NCBI GenBank assembly: GCA_035620975.1
Contig: DASPFV010000245.1
Location: forward strand, 47,038 to 111,037
Source of the DNA: Vicinamibacterales bacterium
Lineage (GTDB): Bacteria > Acidobacteriota > Vicinamibacteria > Vicinamibacterales > 2-12-FULL-66-21
DNA: 64,000 nt
Direction of reading: 5' to 3'
Shown here: positions 42,584-51,868 of the stretch, piece after piece
How positions within the stretch are numbered: the stretch's first letter is position 1
Layout: each line of letters begins with the position of its first letter
Notes under the pieces: model-generated
What the model was told of the DNA's origin: nothing
What the model saw: the letters and a program-made list of their open reading frames with translations, nothing else
Databases searched by the model: none
Translations under genes and position numbers: made by a program

Positions 42584-42627
42584 GTGATTGGCCCGCGACA
42601 GGTGTGATTGGCCCGCTAACAGCGGGC
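42584..42627. repeat. 13-nt direct repeat GTGATTGGCCCGC x2 (20-nt period) followed by a 6-bp hairpin GCCCGC-taaca-GCGGGC
   Basis: Read directly at 42584-42596 and 42604-42616, with the hairpin at 42611-42627. It lies in a roughly 520-nt region with no credible ORF. Confidence 0.7.
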
Positions 42628-42662
42628 GCGGGCCACTCTGTGGTCCGGATGTGCGGTCCACA

Positions 42663-42890
42663 TCAGTCCATCAGCAGGACGGCACCCCGCGCCACGAGCC
42701 GCGCCAGATATGCGCGAGCCGGGCCGTCTATAGTGCTGGCCCGCGTCAGCCGCAGCGTCAGCGGGACGCTCTCCTGCTCGAGGGCCGGGCCGCACAACCG
42801 TTCGAGCCGGCCGAGATCCCGACTGGTCAACTTCCCCGTCATGGTGACGCGGGTGCGTCCCTGTTCCGTTCTCGCTCGCAGTCGCGCCAT
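42663..42890 (-). CDS. Small hypothetical protein, weakly STAS-like
   Basis: C-terminal 75 codons of ORF 42663..43010 (MARLRARTEQGRTRVTMTGKLTSRDLGRLERLCGPALEQESVPLTLRLTRASTIDGPARAYLARLVARGAVLL). Weak call. Confidence 0.3.
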   Translation of the reverse strand: MARLRARTEQGRTRVTMTGKLTSRDLGRLERLCGPALEQESVPLTLRLTRASTIDGPARAYLARLVARGAVLLMD

Positions 42891-43203
42891 ACGTGCTCGC
42901 AGGAGCTCCGGCCCGCACCTCGGGATTCGCGGCACGCGATCGTGGCCGCCCGGGAGGTTCGGTGAAGGGAGATGATTCTGCCGCTGCTCACTGCAAGTTT
43001 TCCTCCACACCGCCGTGCCGGCTCGATCAGCTGACAGCTCCCCCGTCGGCGGGGGCGGCCGGCACGTGATGGGACTACCTGCGCCGCGGGCTGCGGCGGC
43101 CGCGGGATCGGATTCGAAGGGGGAGGCTGGGGCGTCGGCTCTGGGGAGGGAGACGGCGCCGGTCCCGGCGGCGGCTGGGGGCTCGGACGGTCAGATCGAG
43201 GCG

Positions 43204-43698
43204 TCATGGTTCGTGATCGGCGGCCGAGTCGGGCACGACCACGACGTCGGAGCCGAGGCGCATCTGATCGGAGGCGGGCAGGATCGAGCGCTTCGTGCGC
43301 AGGCCTGCCATCGCAGGCGCGCTCACTTCGAGGCCATCGAGTGTTCCCGTCTGCTCGTTGACGAAGAGGTCGCTCACCGATCCCAGCTGATGGCCGCCTG
43401 CCGTGACCACCGGCTTCTCCTGCAGGCCGGTCAGGCGCGTGGTGACGACGCCGCGCTCCCGCCACTCCTCCGGGCCCAAGATGCCGGAATTGGTCCGGGC
43501 CAGGACCACATCGGCGCCAAGCGCCTGGACCTCCGCAAACGGCAGCAGGTGCTCTTTCGCGATCAGCCCGCCGCCGACCACGAGCGCAACCACGCTGCGG
43601 CCCCCATCCTCGAACAGCGCGTCCGAAACGCTGCCCAGCCGGTCGCCCGTATCCGCTGAGACAATGCTCTTCCCGATAACATCGCTGAGGCGATACAT
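43204..43698 (-). CDS. PRC-barrel domain protein (two PRC barrels)
   Basis: MYRLSDVIGKSIVSADTGDRLGSVSDALFE... and LTGLQEKPVVTAGGHQLGSVSDLFVNEQTGTLDGLEV; both match the PRC pattern. Confidence 0.75.
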   Translation of the reverse strand: MYRLSDVIGKSIVSADTGDRLGSVSDALFEDGGRSVVALVVGGGLIAKEHLLPFAEVQALGADVVLARTNSGILGPEEWRERGVVTTRLTGLQEKPVVTAGGHQLGSVSDLFVNEQTGTLDGLEVSAPAMAGLRTKRSILPASDQMRLGSDVVVVPDSAADHEP

Positions 43699-43776
43699 CG
43701 CGCCCTCCCCGCCCGCGCGTGTCGACCGCGGGACGTGCCGAGGCGCGGCGCATGCGGCCGCGCCCCGGCGTACGTG

Positions 43777-45030
43777 TCAGCCGCCGGTCGGTCCGCTCAC
43801 AGTCAGCTGGTTGACGACCTTCTTCACGCCCTCTGTCTCGCGCGCGATCTGTTCGGCCGTCTGGCTCTGGCCGGCTGTCTCGACGCTGCCCTTCAGCGTG
43901 ACGACCCCGTTCTGCGTGTCGACGTCGATCTCGCGGCCCTTCACGTCGGTGTCGAGGAAGTACTTGGACTGGATCTTCATCGTGACCCACGCATCCGGCC
44001 GCTGGATGGGCTTCACGTCGGGAAGCGGCTCGGCCGCAGCGGCCGGGCCGCCGTCGGCCGTCTCCGCTGTGTCGCTCGGAGCCTCCACGCGCAACTCGTC
44101 GGTGACGTTGCGCACGCCTTCGACGTTGCGGGCGATCGTGAGCGCTTGCCGGCGTTCGGCCTCGGTTTGGACGGTGCCCCGCAGCGTGACGGTGCCCTCG
44201 TTCGTATCGACGTCGATATTGCGCGCCTTGACGTCCGAGTCGACGAAATACCTGGCCTGGATCTTCGCGGTCAGCCACGCATCAGAAAGCGGACTCGCGG
44301 CGTCGGCCGTCGCGGTCCCCGTCGCGCCTTCGTCTGCCTGGCCTGGCTTCTCGCCCGCGGGCCGGGCGTTCGGGGATACCGTGATGCGATCCTCCACGCG
44401 CGCGACGCCCGGGACTTCCCGCGCGATGCGGAGCGCTTCGGCCTTGCTGCCCTCGTTGTCGACCGTGCCCTGCAGCGTGACGACGCCGTTGCCGGTAGTA
44501 CTCACGTCGATCGTCCACGGCTTGATGTCCGGATCGCGGAAATACCGCGAGCGGATGTTCATCGTGATGGTGCTCGCCTCGGTGATGGCGCCGGCGTCTG
44601 CGTCCGAATCGCCGTTCTCTCCGGTCGTCCCGGTCGCACCTGCACCTGCTGCCGGCTGGGGACCGCTGGCGGTCTGCCCCTCGCCCGACGGGGTCTGCAC
44701 GACCAGCTCATCCTCCACGCGTGCGACGCCCTCCACCTGCTGCGCCAGGTCGACCGCCTGCTGCTTCGCCGCTTCACTGGGCACGGTCCCGCGCAGCGTG
44801 ATCACGCCGTTTTCGGCTGACACGTCAATCTGTCGGGCTCGAATGGTGTCGTCCGTGTAATACCTCGCCTGCACGGCGGTGGTGAGGTTCTCGTCGGTTC
44901 TCGCCTCGGAAGTCACGGCCGGAGCGGACCCTGCCGGCGCGTTCGCCTCCGGCTGATCGCGCCGGCACGCGGTGGCTGCCACGATAATCATCAGGACAGC
45001 ACTCAGTCGCAGCACGTCCGAGCGGTTCAT
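43777..45030 (-). CDS. Lipoprotein with four tandem BON domains (OsmY-like)
   Basis: From MNRSDVLRLSAVLMIIVAATAC (lipobox). Four units of the type ENGVITLRGTVPSEAAKQQAVDLAQQVEGVARVEDELVV. AAAGGAGA RBS. Confidence 0.85.
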   Translation of the reverse strand: MNRSDVLRLSAVLMIIVAATACRRDQPEANAPAGSAPAVTSEARTDENLTTAVQARYYTDDTIRARQIDVSAENGVITLRGTVPSEAAKQQAVDLAQQVEGVARVEDELVVQTPSGEGQTASGPQPAAGAGATGTTGENGDSDADAGAITEASTITMNIRSRYFRDPDIKPWTIDVSTTGNGVVTLQGTVDNEGSKAEALRIAREVPGVARVEDRITVSPNARPAGEKPGQADEGATGTATADAASPLSDAWLTAKIQARYFVDSDVKARNIDVDTNEGTVTLRGTVQTEAERRQALTIARNVEGVRNVTDELRVEAPSDTAETADGGPAAAAEPLPDVKPIQRPDAWVTMKIQSKYFLDTDVKGREIDVDTQNGVVTLKGSVETAGQSQTAEQIARETEGVKKVVNQLTVSGPTGG

Positions 45031-45573
45031 CTCGCGATCTCCTTTCCGTGAAAAGTGCTCGGCCCGGATTCCGGGAGCCGGCACGGCCGTGCGCGCGACT
45101 CGGCGTGCGCTCCGGGCATGTCTCACGCCGGTGCAAGCCGTGCGCCGAGGTGATGGTGCCCGGCAGCCACAGTCGTGGTAGCGCGGGGCGTCTGTGCTTT
45201 GCATAAGGGCTGCGGGTCTGCCGTTCGTGCCGGGCTGAATGACGCTCTGACGGCATATCGAGGGACTTTCGACATCACGTCAGCAGCGCCGCTGAAAAGA
45301 AGGAAGGCCTCCCGCGTCCGTCGTTCGGACACGGCCGCGTCCGGGTGGCACACGCCCGGCCTTCACCTTGCAAACCCCGTCGTCACCGGAGTGAAGGGAG
45401 ACTGCGCCGGCGATCCTCCCGAGTCAGGCCAATCACCACGCATCCTCCTCGCTCGAGGGCGACTGACAGTGGCGCCGAGCCCTTCACTCCGGCTCCCGGC
45501 GCCACGTACGCGCCGTCTCGACATCGGGGTCGACGTTCAGCAGTCCAGGGGGCACCCGTGGGGCCATCACGCC

Positions 45574-46620
45574 TCAGCGCGCCGGACGAGCATGGTGGCG
45601 CAGCGCGCGTGAGACCCCCAGAATCGCACCGAGGGCCGCCGCCGAGATCCAGAGACCGCGATGCCTGGCGGCCCAGGCCTGCAGGCTGAACTCGTGCGCC
45701 CGCTCGCTGAACTCCCCGCGCGCCCCGGGGTCGCCCGCCACCGGGGACCAGAGGTTGTGCGGCCGGTGAGGGTCCTCCGGCTCGTCGGTCTGCTGGGCGT
45801 CGAACGCGGTCTTCGCCAGATACCAGTCGAGCAGCGCGGGCGCGAAACGGTTGGCGACGATGGCTACGGCGGTCGGGACGCCGACCCACAGCTCGCGCCG
45901 CCGGTGAGAAGCCGCCCAGTGGATTGCCTCCGCTGCGACTTCGGGCTGGAAGATCGGGGGCACGGGCTGGGCCTTCTTGGGCAACCGGCTCCTGACCCAG
46001 CCGAACTGCGGCGTGTTGAGGGCCGGGAGGTGCACGCTCGTGACGTGGACCGCGCTGCCACCGTGCAGCAGCTCGGCCCGCAACGAATCCATGAATCCCT
46101 GCACCGCGTGCTTGGCGGCACAGTAGGCGGACTGCAGTGGGATTCCTCGATACGCGAGCGTGGATCCGACCTGCACGATGGTTCCGGCATTGCGCGGCAG
46201 CATGCGGTGCAGGGCGGCGAGCGTCCCGTGCACCACGCCGAGATACGTCACCTCGGTGACGCGCCGGTACTCCTCGGGCTTCATCTCGCGCACCGGCGAG
46301 AACACCGAGGCCATCGCGTTGTTGATCCAGATATCGATGGGGCCGAACTCGTCCTCGGCGATGGCGGCCGCGCGGTCCACACTTTCCCAGTTCGCGACAT
46401 CGGTTGGAATGACGACCGCCCGGCCCCCAGCCGACTCGACCTCACGCCGCGCGGCTTCGAGCCGGTCGCGCCCTCGCGCCAGCAGCGCCACGGACGCGCG
46501 ATCCGCGGCAAATCGTCGTGCGACGGCCCGGCCGACGCCTGCGGAAGCCCCGGTGATGACGACGACTGGTGGATGAGCTCTCCGTCCGCTCACGTTGCCT
46601 CGCGAGGTCCCGGCCCGCAA
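45574..46620 (-). CDS. Short-chain dehydrogenase/reductase (SDR) with a C-terminal extension
   Basis: VVITGASAGVGRA (TGxxxGxG), NNAM, YCAAKHA (YxxxK). The start may be the GTG a few codons downstream. Confidence 0.85.
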   Translation of the reverse strand: MRAGTSRGNVSGRRAHPPVVVITGASAGVGRAVARRFAADRASVALLARGRDRLEAARREVESAGGRAVVIPTDVANWESVDRAAAIAEDEFGPIDIWINNAMASVFSPVREMKPEEYRRVTEVTYLGVVHGTLAALHRMLPRNAGTIVQVGSTLAYRGIPLQSAYCAAKHAVQGFMDSLRAELLHGGSAVHVTSVHLPALNTPQFGWVRSRLPKKAQPVPPIFQPEVAAEAIHWAASHRRRELWVGVPTAVAIVANRFAPALLDWYLAKTAFDAQQTDEPEDPHRPHNLWSPVAGDPGARGEFSERAHEFSLQAWAARHRGLWISAAALGAILGVSRALRHHARPAR

Positions 46621-46736
46621 CGCGCAAACTTCTGCAATGCCTGGGCCGGTCGAGGCAACGGCAGCTCGGCAGGCTGTTGATTCACACGAGTCCCGCGCGG
46701 CGGCATTTCGCGGTCAGAGTCTGCCGCGGCTGACGT

Positions 46737-47600
46737 TCAGCGGGCTGGAGGCCAGGGCATGCGGTAGGCCGCCGCCAGATCCCGGGCGGCCGTCGCGAGC
46801 GGCGTCCACGCATTGAGTGAGACGGGGACTCGATGGCCGGCGAGGGTGGCCTGCAGCGCCGCGGCGTGCGCCAGAAGCTGCTCCGCTTCGGCGGAGCTGG
46901 GCCTGCTGTCCTTCAGGCGGCTCCGCAACAGCTTCGCATCCTTCTCCAGGCGTTCGGCCTGTCCCACGATCGCGTCTCGCTTCGATTTGTCGATGGTGAC
47001 GTCCGCCTTCAGCTCGCGCTCGAGCGATTTCTTCACGCGCTCGGCGGCGCGGCCGATGGTTTCGGTGGTACTGGCGACTTCACCGTCGCTGGCCCGCCGC
47101 ACGACGACGTTCTCGGGCAGCGGGAACTCGGAGCCGTAGGCGGCAGCCAGCGCCGTGAGATCCCTCGCCAGCCGGTTCCATTCGCTTTCGCCCCTGATGC
47201 CGGGCGGCTGGCGACGAAAAAAGCCATCGATGGCCGAGGCCTGTCGCAGGAGCGCGGCGGCCTCGGCACTGGCTGCGTACCCGGGCTTCAACCGCTCCTC
47301 CATGCGATCGATGCTCTCCTGGAAATCGTCGAGGAAGTCGGCGACGTTCACTTCACCCCAGGGCTCGCGCAGCACGGCCTGCTTCAGCCTGTCGTCCAGT
47401 GCGTCATCGAAGCGATCGCGCCCCTGCTCGATGCGCGCGACCAGTGCCGCGATCTCGCGGTCCGTCAGCCGGTCGCCCCGAGCGCGGGTCCTGCCGTCGC
47501 GACCGTCAGGCACAGGAGAGTGATGGATCCCGCCACGGAACAACAGGGAATAACACGGAATACCGAACGATACAACCCATTGTTCCCTCGTGCGCGCCAC
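46737..47600 (-). CDS. Hypothetical helical protein
   Basis: Normal composition with a charged alpha-helical character. I recognise no family. The start is uncertain. Confidence 0.4.
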   Translation of the reverse strand: MARTREQWVVSFGIPCYSLLFRGGIHHSPVPDGRDGRTRARGDRLTDREIAALVARIEQGRDRFDDALDDRLKQAVLREPWGEVNVADFLDDFQESIDRMEERLKPGYAASAEAAALLRQASAIDGFFRRQPPGIRGESEWNRLARDLTALAAAYGSEFPLPENVVVRRASDGEVASTTETIGRAAERVKKSLERELKADVTIDKSKRDAIVGQAERLEKDAKLLRSRLKDSRPSSAEAEQLLAHAAALQATLAGHRVPVSLNAWTPLATAARDLAAAYRMPWPPAR

Positions 47601-47644
47601 GTCTCTGATCGACCGCCGCGCGTCCGCGAGCCGAGGCCCTTCTT

Positions 47645-47670
47645 CCCTGAACCAGGAACCCTGAACCAGG
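47645..47670. repeat. 12-nt direct repeat CCCTGAACCAGG x2 (2-nt spacer) in an intergenic spacer
   Basis: Read directly: CCCTGAACCAGGaaCCCTGAACCAGG. Confidence 0.85.
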
Positions 47671-47688
47671 CTGCTCCGCTACGGGCGC

Positions 47689-48075
47689 TCATGAGAACAC
47701 CGCGCCGCGCCTGGCCAGCAGCTCCCTGAGGAGCGACCGATGGCAACGGTCCTCGCGCTCGCAGTAGCAGCCGACCGAGAAGCTGGTCTGGTGCGAGAGC
47801 GCCGCCAGCAGATCGAGGAGCCGCGCCGCAGCCGGCTCGTTCATCTCCTTCCGATACTTCTGCGCGAACGCCTTCCAGGACCGCTCGTCGTGTGCCGAGC
47901 GGCCGAGCGACACGAGCGCCTCGCTGGGCGCCAGCTGCGGGAGCCACACATCGTAATAGTCCAGCGCCGAGAACCTCGCCTTCGGCACGCCGCGCGGCGG
48001 GCGGCGCACGGTGCCGAGCCGCAGACCCTCAGCCGGGTGGCGCGGTGACCCCAGCTTCACGACTCTCACCGGCAT
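47689..48075 (-). CDS. DUF488 family protein
   Basis: MPVRVVKLGSPRHPAEGLRLGTVRRPPRGV...DVWLPQLAPS...CYCEREDRCHRSLL, the characteristic DUF488 pattern. AAGGAG RBS. Confidence 0.8.
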   Translation of the reverse strand: MPVRVVKLGSPRHPAEGLRLGTVRRPPRGVPKARFSALDYYDVWLPQLAPSEALVSLGRSAHDERSWKAFAQKYRKEMNEPAAARLLDLLAALSHQTSFSVGCYCEREDRCHRSLLRELLARRGAVFS

Positions 48076-48099
48076 CTGGATCTCCTTCAGTCATGCAGT

Positions 48100-49050
48100 C
48101 CTTCACGCGCGAGCGCGAGGCACCGGCCGCGATCACAGTCAGGCCGTCGAGCCCGGCTCTGACCTGCCGAGATACTTCATCCCGGTATCGCGCATCAAAC
48201 GTCACCACGGTGACATCCGGGCCCAGCTCCTCGGCCACGCGCAGCGCCCCGGCGACGTTTCCTCCTGTAGACGTTCCGGCGAACAGTCCTTCCTCGCGAG
48301 CCAGCCGCAGGGCCATGGCCGGGCCTCGACGGTGGAGACCCGCTCGATCCGATCGGCCAGTCCGTTCTGCCAGAGCGCGACCACGAACCCGGCGCCGACG
48401 CCGTCGATTCCGTGAGGACCCGGCTCCCGCCGGACAGCACGGCTGACTCGGCCGGGCTCCACGGCCACGATGGCGATGCACCCGCTGCGACCGTGGAGGC
48501 TCTGGCTGCCGTCCCCGCCGCGAGGCTGCGGTGCCGACGCTCTGGAGGAGCACGAGCACGTCGGTCCGCCGCCGTTCTCGGCCCGAATTTCTTCTGCCAC
48601 GGCATGATACGCGGCAATCTGGTCCCGGTTGTCGAGCTGGTCGGTCCGGAAAGGCGCCGGTCTCCGACGCGATCACCTTCGATCATGCCGCGCGTGAACC
48701 CGGCGGTCGTTCCGCCCCGTCGCTGCGCACGACCTGCAGTCTGTCGCCCACCAGGCGCATGTGAGCGAGCTTTTCCGCCGCGAAGGCATCCGAAGCGACG
48801 ATGTGGAGCGGGTGGCGGACCGCGCAGACGCCGACAGCGACACGCCGGCGCTGCCGCCGGTGTATTCTCCGCTGGCGTATCCAGGGTCTCCGGGTCGAAC
48901 GTGCCATGCACCTGGCGAGGACCGGAAGCGCGAACGTGGACGAGGTGGCGCCCGCGTCGGGTATGCGGACGCGCGACGTGCGTGCGTTGCCCCGGCGCCG
49001 CCTGACTCTCGGCGTGATATCGGACGCGCAGGCGATAATCACCCCCATTC
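48100..49050 (-). pseudogene. Degraded cysteine synthase / PLP-dependent (CysK/CBS fold type II) gene with multiple frameshifts
   Basis: Family-like segments are scattered over all three minus frames. They include GEYTGGSAGVSLSA (about 48830-48870), HIVASDAFAAEKLAHMRLVGDRLQVV, AEEIRAENGG, IAIVAVEPGRVS...GPHGIDGVGAGFV...ADRIERVSTVEA and ALRLAREEGLFAGTSTGGNVAGALRVAEELGPDVTVVTFDARYRD. The boundaries are approximate. Confidence 0.55.
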
Positions 49051-49062
49051 ACCGGGACGGCC

Positions 49063-50109
49063 GTGATGCAGACCTTCAACGTCGGGATCATCGGATACAG
49101 CTGGGCGGCGACGGCGCACATCGCCGCCATCAACGCCACGAAGCAGGGGCGTGTGGTCGCGGTGTGCTCGGAGCGGGCGCTCGACGCCCGCGAGCTCAGC
49201 GAGCGCCACAGCACGCCGATCCGGGTCTATTCAAACGTCGACGAGATGCTCCGGGCTCCGGATATCGAGGTCGTCGACATCACCGGCTACCCCGATCGGC
49301 ATGCGGAGCAGTTCGTGCGTGCGGCACGCGCGGGCAGGCACGTGATCGTGGAGAAGCCGCTGGCCATCGAGTGGCCGGACGTGCTCGCGATGAGGCGCGC
49401 GGTCGGGGAGACGGGCGTGAAGACCTGCGTCTGCTTCGAATGCCGGTTCTCGTCCCAGTTCGTCGCCACGAAGGCGGTGATCGATGCCGGGCTGCTCGGC
49501 CGGCTGCATTACGGAGAAGTCGACTACTACCACGGGATCGGCCCGTGGTACGGTCAGTACCGCTGGAACGTCACGCGCGCGCGCGGCGGCAGTGCGCTGC
49601 TGACGGCCGGGTGCCACGCGCTCGACGCCCTGCTGCTCTGCATGGGCGCCGAGGTGGAGGAGGTGGCGAGCTACGCGAGCCAGAGCGAGAATCCGGTGTT
49701 CGCCGCGTACGAGTACCCGACCACATCGACCACCATCCTGCGGTTCGCGAACGGCAGCATCGGGAAGTGCGCCGCCGTCGTGGACTGCCTGCAGCCCTAC
49801 TACTTTCACACGCACCTCGTCGGCAGCGAAGGCAGCCTGCTCGACGACCGGTTCCACTCGCAGAAGATCGCGGGGCTCGACCGCCACGCCTGGAGCCGTC
49901 TGTCGATGAAGACGCTCGACAGCGGCGACGTCGGCGATCACCCATACCAGACACAGTTCCAGGCCTTCTTCGACGCGCTCGAGGCCGGCCGGGACATGCC
50001 GCTCACGAGCTTCGCCGACGCTTTCCGCACGCACCACGTCCTCGAGGCGGCCGATCGGTCCGCCGCCGGGCGGCGGCCGGTTCGGATGGCGGACGTGCCC
50101 CTCGACTGA
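49063..50109 (+). CDS. Gfo/Idh/MocA-family NAD(P)-dependent oxidoreductase
   Basis: FNVGIIGYSWAATAHIAAI (Rossmann) and RHVIVEKPLA (EKP motif). Confidence 0.85.
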   Translation: MMQTFNVGIIGYSWAATAHIAAINATKQGRVVAVCSERALDARELSERHSTPIRVYSNVDEMLRAPDIEVVDITGYPDRHAEQFVRAARAGRHVIVEKPLAIEWPDVLAMRRAVGETGVKTCVCFECRFSSQFVATKAVIDAGLLGRLHYGEVDYYHGIGPWYGQYRWNVTRARGGSALLTAGCHALDALLLCMGAEVEEVASYASQSENPVFAAYEYPTTSTTILRFANGSIGKCAAVVDCLQPYYFHTHLVGSEGSLLDDRFHSQKIAGLDRHAWSRLSMKTLDSGDVGDHPYQTQFQAFFDALEAGRDMPLTSFADAFRTHHVLEAADRSAAGRRPVRMADVPLD

Positions 50110-50121
50110 GGTCGGACGCGC

Positions 50122-50940
50122 ATGCCGCGAGCCCTCGCGATCGGCGCGCACCCGGACGACATCGAGTTCGTCATGGCCGGGACCCTGCTGCTGCTCAAGG
50201 AAGCCGGCTGGGAGCTGCACTACTTCAACGTCTCCAGCGGCAATCTCGGCAGCCTGACGTCGCCCCCGGCCGAGACGGCGCGCGTCCGGCGCGCGGAAGC
50301 CAGGGCCGCCGCCCGCGTGCTGGGCGCCACGTGGCACCCCCCGATCTGCGACGACCTGCAGATCTTCTACGACGATCGCACGCTCCGGCGCTTCGCCGCG
50401 GTCATCCGGGACGCGGGTCCGTCCGTGATCCTGACGCATGCGGTCCGGGACTACATGGAGGACCACATGACCACGTCGCGCCTGGCGGTCACGGCCGCGT
50501 TCGCCCGCGAGCTGCCGGGTTACCGCACGATTCCGCGCCGGGCGCCCTCACCCGGAGCCGTCACGATCTACCATGCGAGCCCACACGGGCTCCGCGACGG
50601 GCTTCGCCGGGTGGTCCGCCCCGGCGCGTTCGTGGACACCACGAGCGTGCACGATCGCAAGCGCGCGGCCCTCGAGTGTCACACGAGCCAGCGCCGGTTC
50701 CTCGATGTCACCCAGGGCATGGACGATTACGTGCGGACGATGGAGGATTTCAGCCGGAGCGTGGGGAAGCTGTCCGGCCGCTACCGGCACGCCGAGGGCT
50801 GGCGGCGCCACCTCCACTTCGGCTTCTGCGAGCCGGGCGCCGATCCCCTGCGCGATGCGCTGGGGCGGCACTACCTCGTGAGCCGCGCGTACGAGAGCAG
50901 GTTGAACGCGGCAGACGGGGAGGGCGCCAGTGGCTCGTAG
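50122..50940 (+). CDS. PIG-L/LmbE-family N-acetylglucosaminyl deacetylase
   Basis: [19 protein letters not shown] (AHPDD) and HTSQ near the C-terminal third. Confidence 0.85.
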   Translation: MPRALAIGAHPDDIEFVMAGTLLLLKEAGWELHYFNVSSGNLGSLTSPPAETARVRRAEARAAARVLGATWHPPICDDLQIFYDDRTLRRFAAVIRDAGPSVILTHAVRDYMEDHMTTSRLAVTAAFARELPGYRTIPRRAPSPGAVTIYHASPHGLRDGLRRVVRPGAFVDTTSVHDRKRAALECHTSQRRFLDVTQGMDDYVRTMEDFSRSVGKLSGRYRHAEGWRRHLHFGFCEPGADPLRDALGRHYLVSRAYESRLNAADGEGASGS

Positions 50941-51868
50941 GCTCAGCGCGATCGCCCCCGGCTGGTGGGACTATACGACGCTCGACCCGGACCTGATCGA
51001 AGAGGCGGCGCGCCTCACGCCCCGCGATCTCGCCCGGCTGTCGCGACCCGGCTTCCGCGTGGTCTTCTACGACACGCTCGAGGACTTCTATCTCGCCGAG
51101 GCCCTCGAGTACGTCCAGGCGTGGCGCCAGAGCACGCCCGACGCGCCCGTCGGCCTCTGCGGCCCGATTGGTCCGACCGAGCAGCTGCCGCTCGTCGCCC
51201 GGATCGTCAACGCGCTCGGAGTCGACGTGCGGTCCGGCCACTTCTGGGGAATGGACGAGTGGTTCGACGCCGCCACCGGCCGGGAAGTGCCGATCACGCA
51301 CCCGCTGAGCTTCCGGCGCGCGGATCTCGAGCTGTGCTTCAGCCGCATCGATCGGAAGCTGCGCATGCCGGACGCGCACCTGCACTTCCCGGCGGCCGAT
51401 ACGCGCGCCTACCGGGCGAGCTGGGCCGCCGGTGTCCGCTGTGCCGTGATGCAGGGTGGCCAGGGCGACGTCAAGCACTGGGCCTTCAACGATCCGCCGC
51501 CGCGCACCGGACGCTACAAGGATGCCCCGCCGCCGGCCGCGGAGTATCGCGCGCTCGCCACACGAGTCGTGGATCTGCATCCGCTGACCATCGCCCAGAA
51601 TGCACGGACGAGCGGCGGCGGCAACATCTCGATGGTTCCGACCCGGGCGATCACCGTCGGACCGCTGGAGACCTGGAAAGCGGAGGCGGTGTCGATCTGG
51701 CACGCCGGCAGCCACGACAATCCCTTCGGCCAGCGCCTCACCGCGCTGATGGTGTCCCGCCGGATCGTCGATACCGCCGTGCCGATGTCGCTGCTGGCCG
51801 AGCACCCGGACGTCCGGTTCAACTACTACCGCGGCGGGCTCGGCACGTGCGCGGTCGAGATGCACTGA
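50930..51868 (+). CDS. Glucosamine-6-phosphate deaminase/isomerase-family (NagB/6-PGL fold) protein, long form
   Basis: GTG start overlapping the upstream gene by 11 nt. [17 protein letters not shown] (compare the NagB DER/DEY region), [17 protein letters not shown]. Confidence 0.75.
   Translation: MARRLSAIAPGWWDYTTLDPDLIEEAARLTPRDLARLSRPGFRVVFYDTLEDFYLAEALEYVQAWRQSTPDAPVGLCGPIGPTEQLPLVARIVNALGVDVRSGHFWGMDEWFDAATGREVPITHPLSFRRADLELCFSRIDRKLRMPDAHLHFPAADTRAYRASWAAGVRCAVMQGGQGDVKHWAFNDPPPRTGRYKDAPPPAAEYRALATRVVDLHPLTIAQNARTSGGGNISMVPTRAITVGPLETWKAEAVSIWHAGSHDNPFGQRLTALMVSRRIVDTAVPMSLLAEHPDVRFNYYRGGLGTCAVEMH

Noticed and set aside
45346-45372. TGGCAC … TTGCA, resembling a sigma-54 promoter
   Set aside because: The GG-to-GC spacing is 23 nt instead of 12. 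A similar TGGCAC at 2703-2708 has no TTGC at the required distance.
45175-45612. 145-aa + strand ORF in the long spacer upstream of the BON gene
   Set aside because: There is no RBS, the composition is poor (R/S/G/A-rich, no motifs), and it overlaps the 3' end of the SDR gene. It is kept as non-coding.
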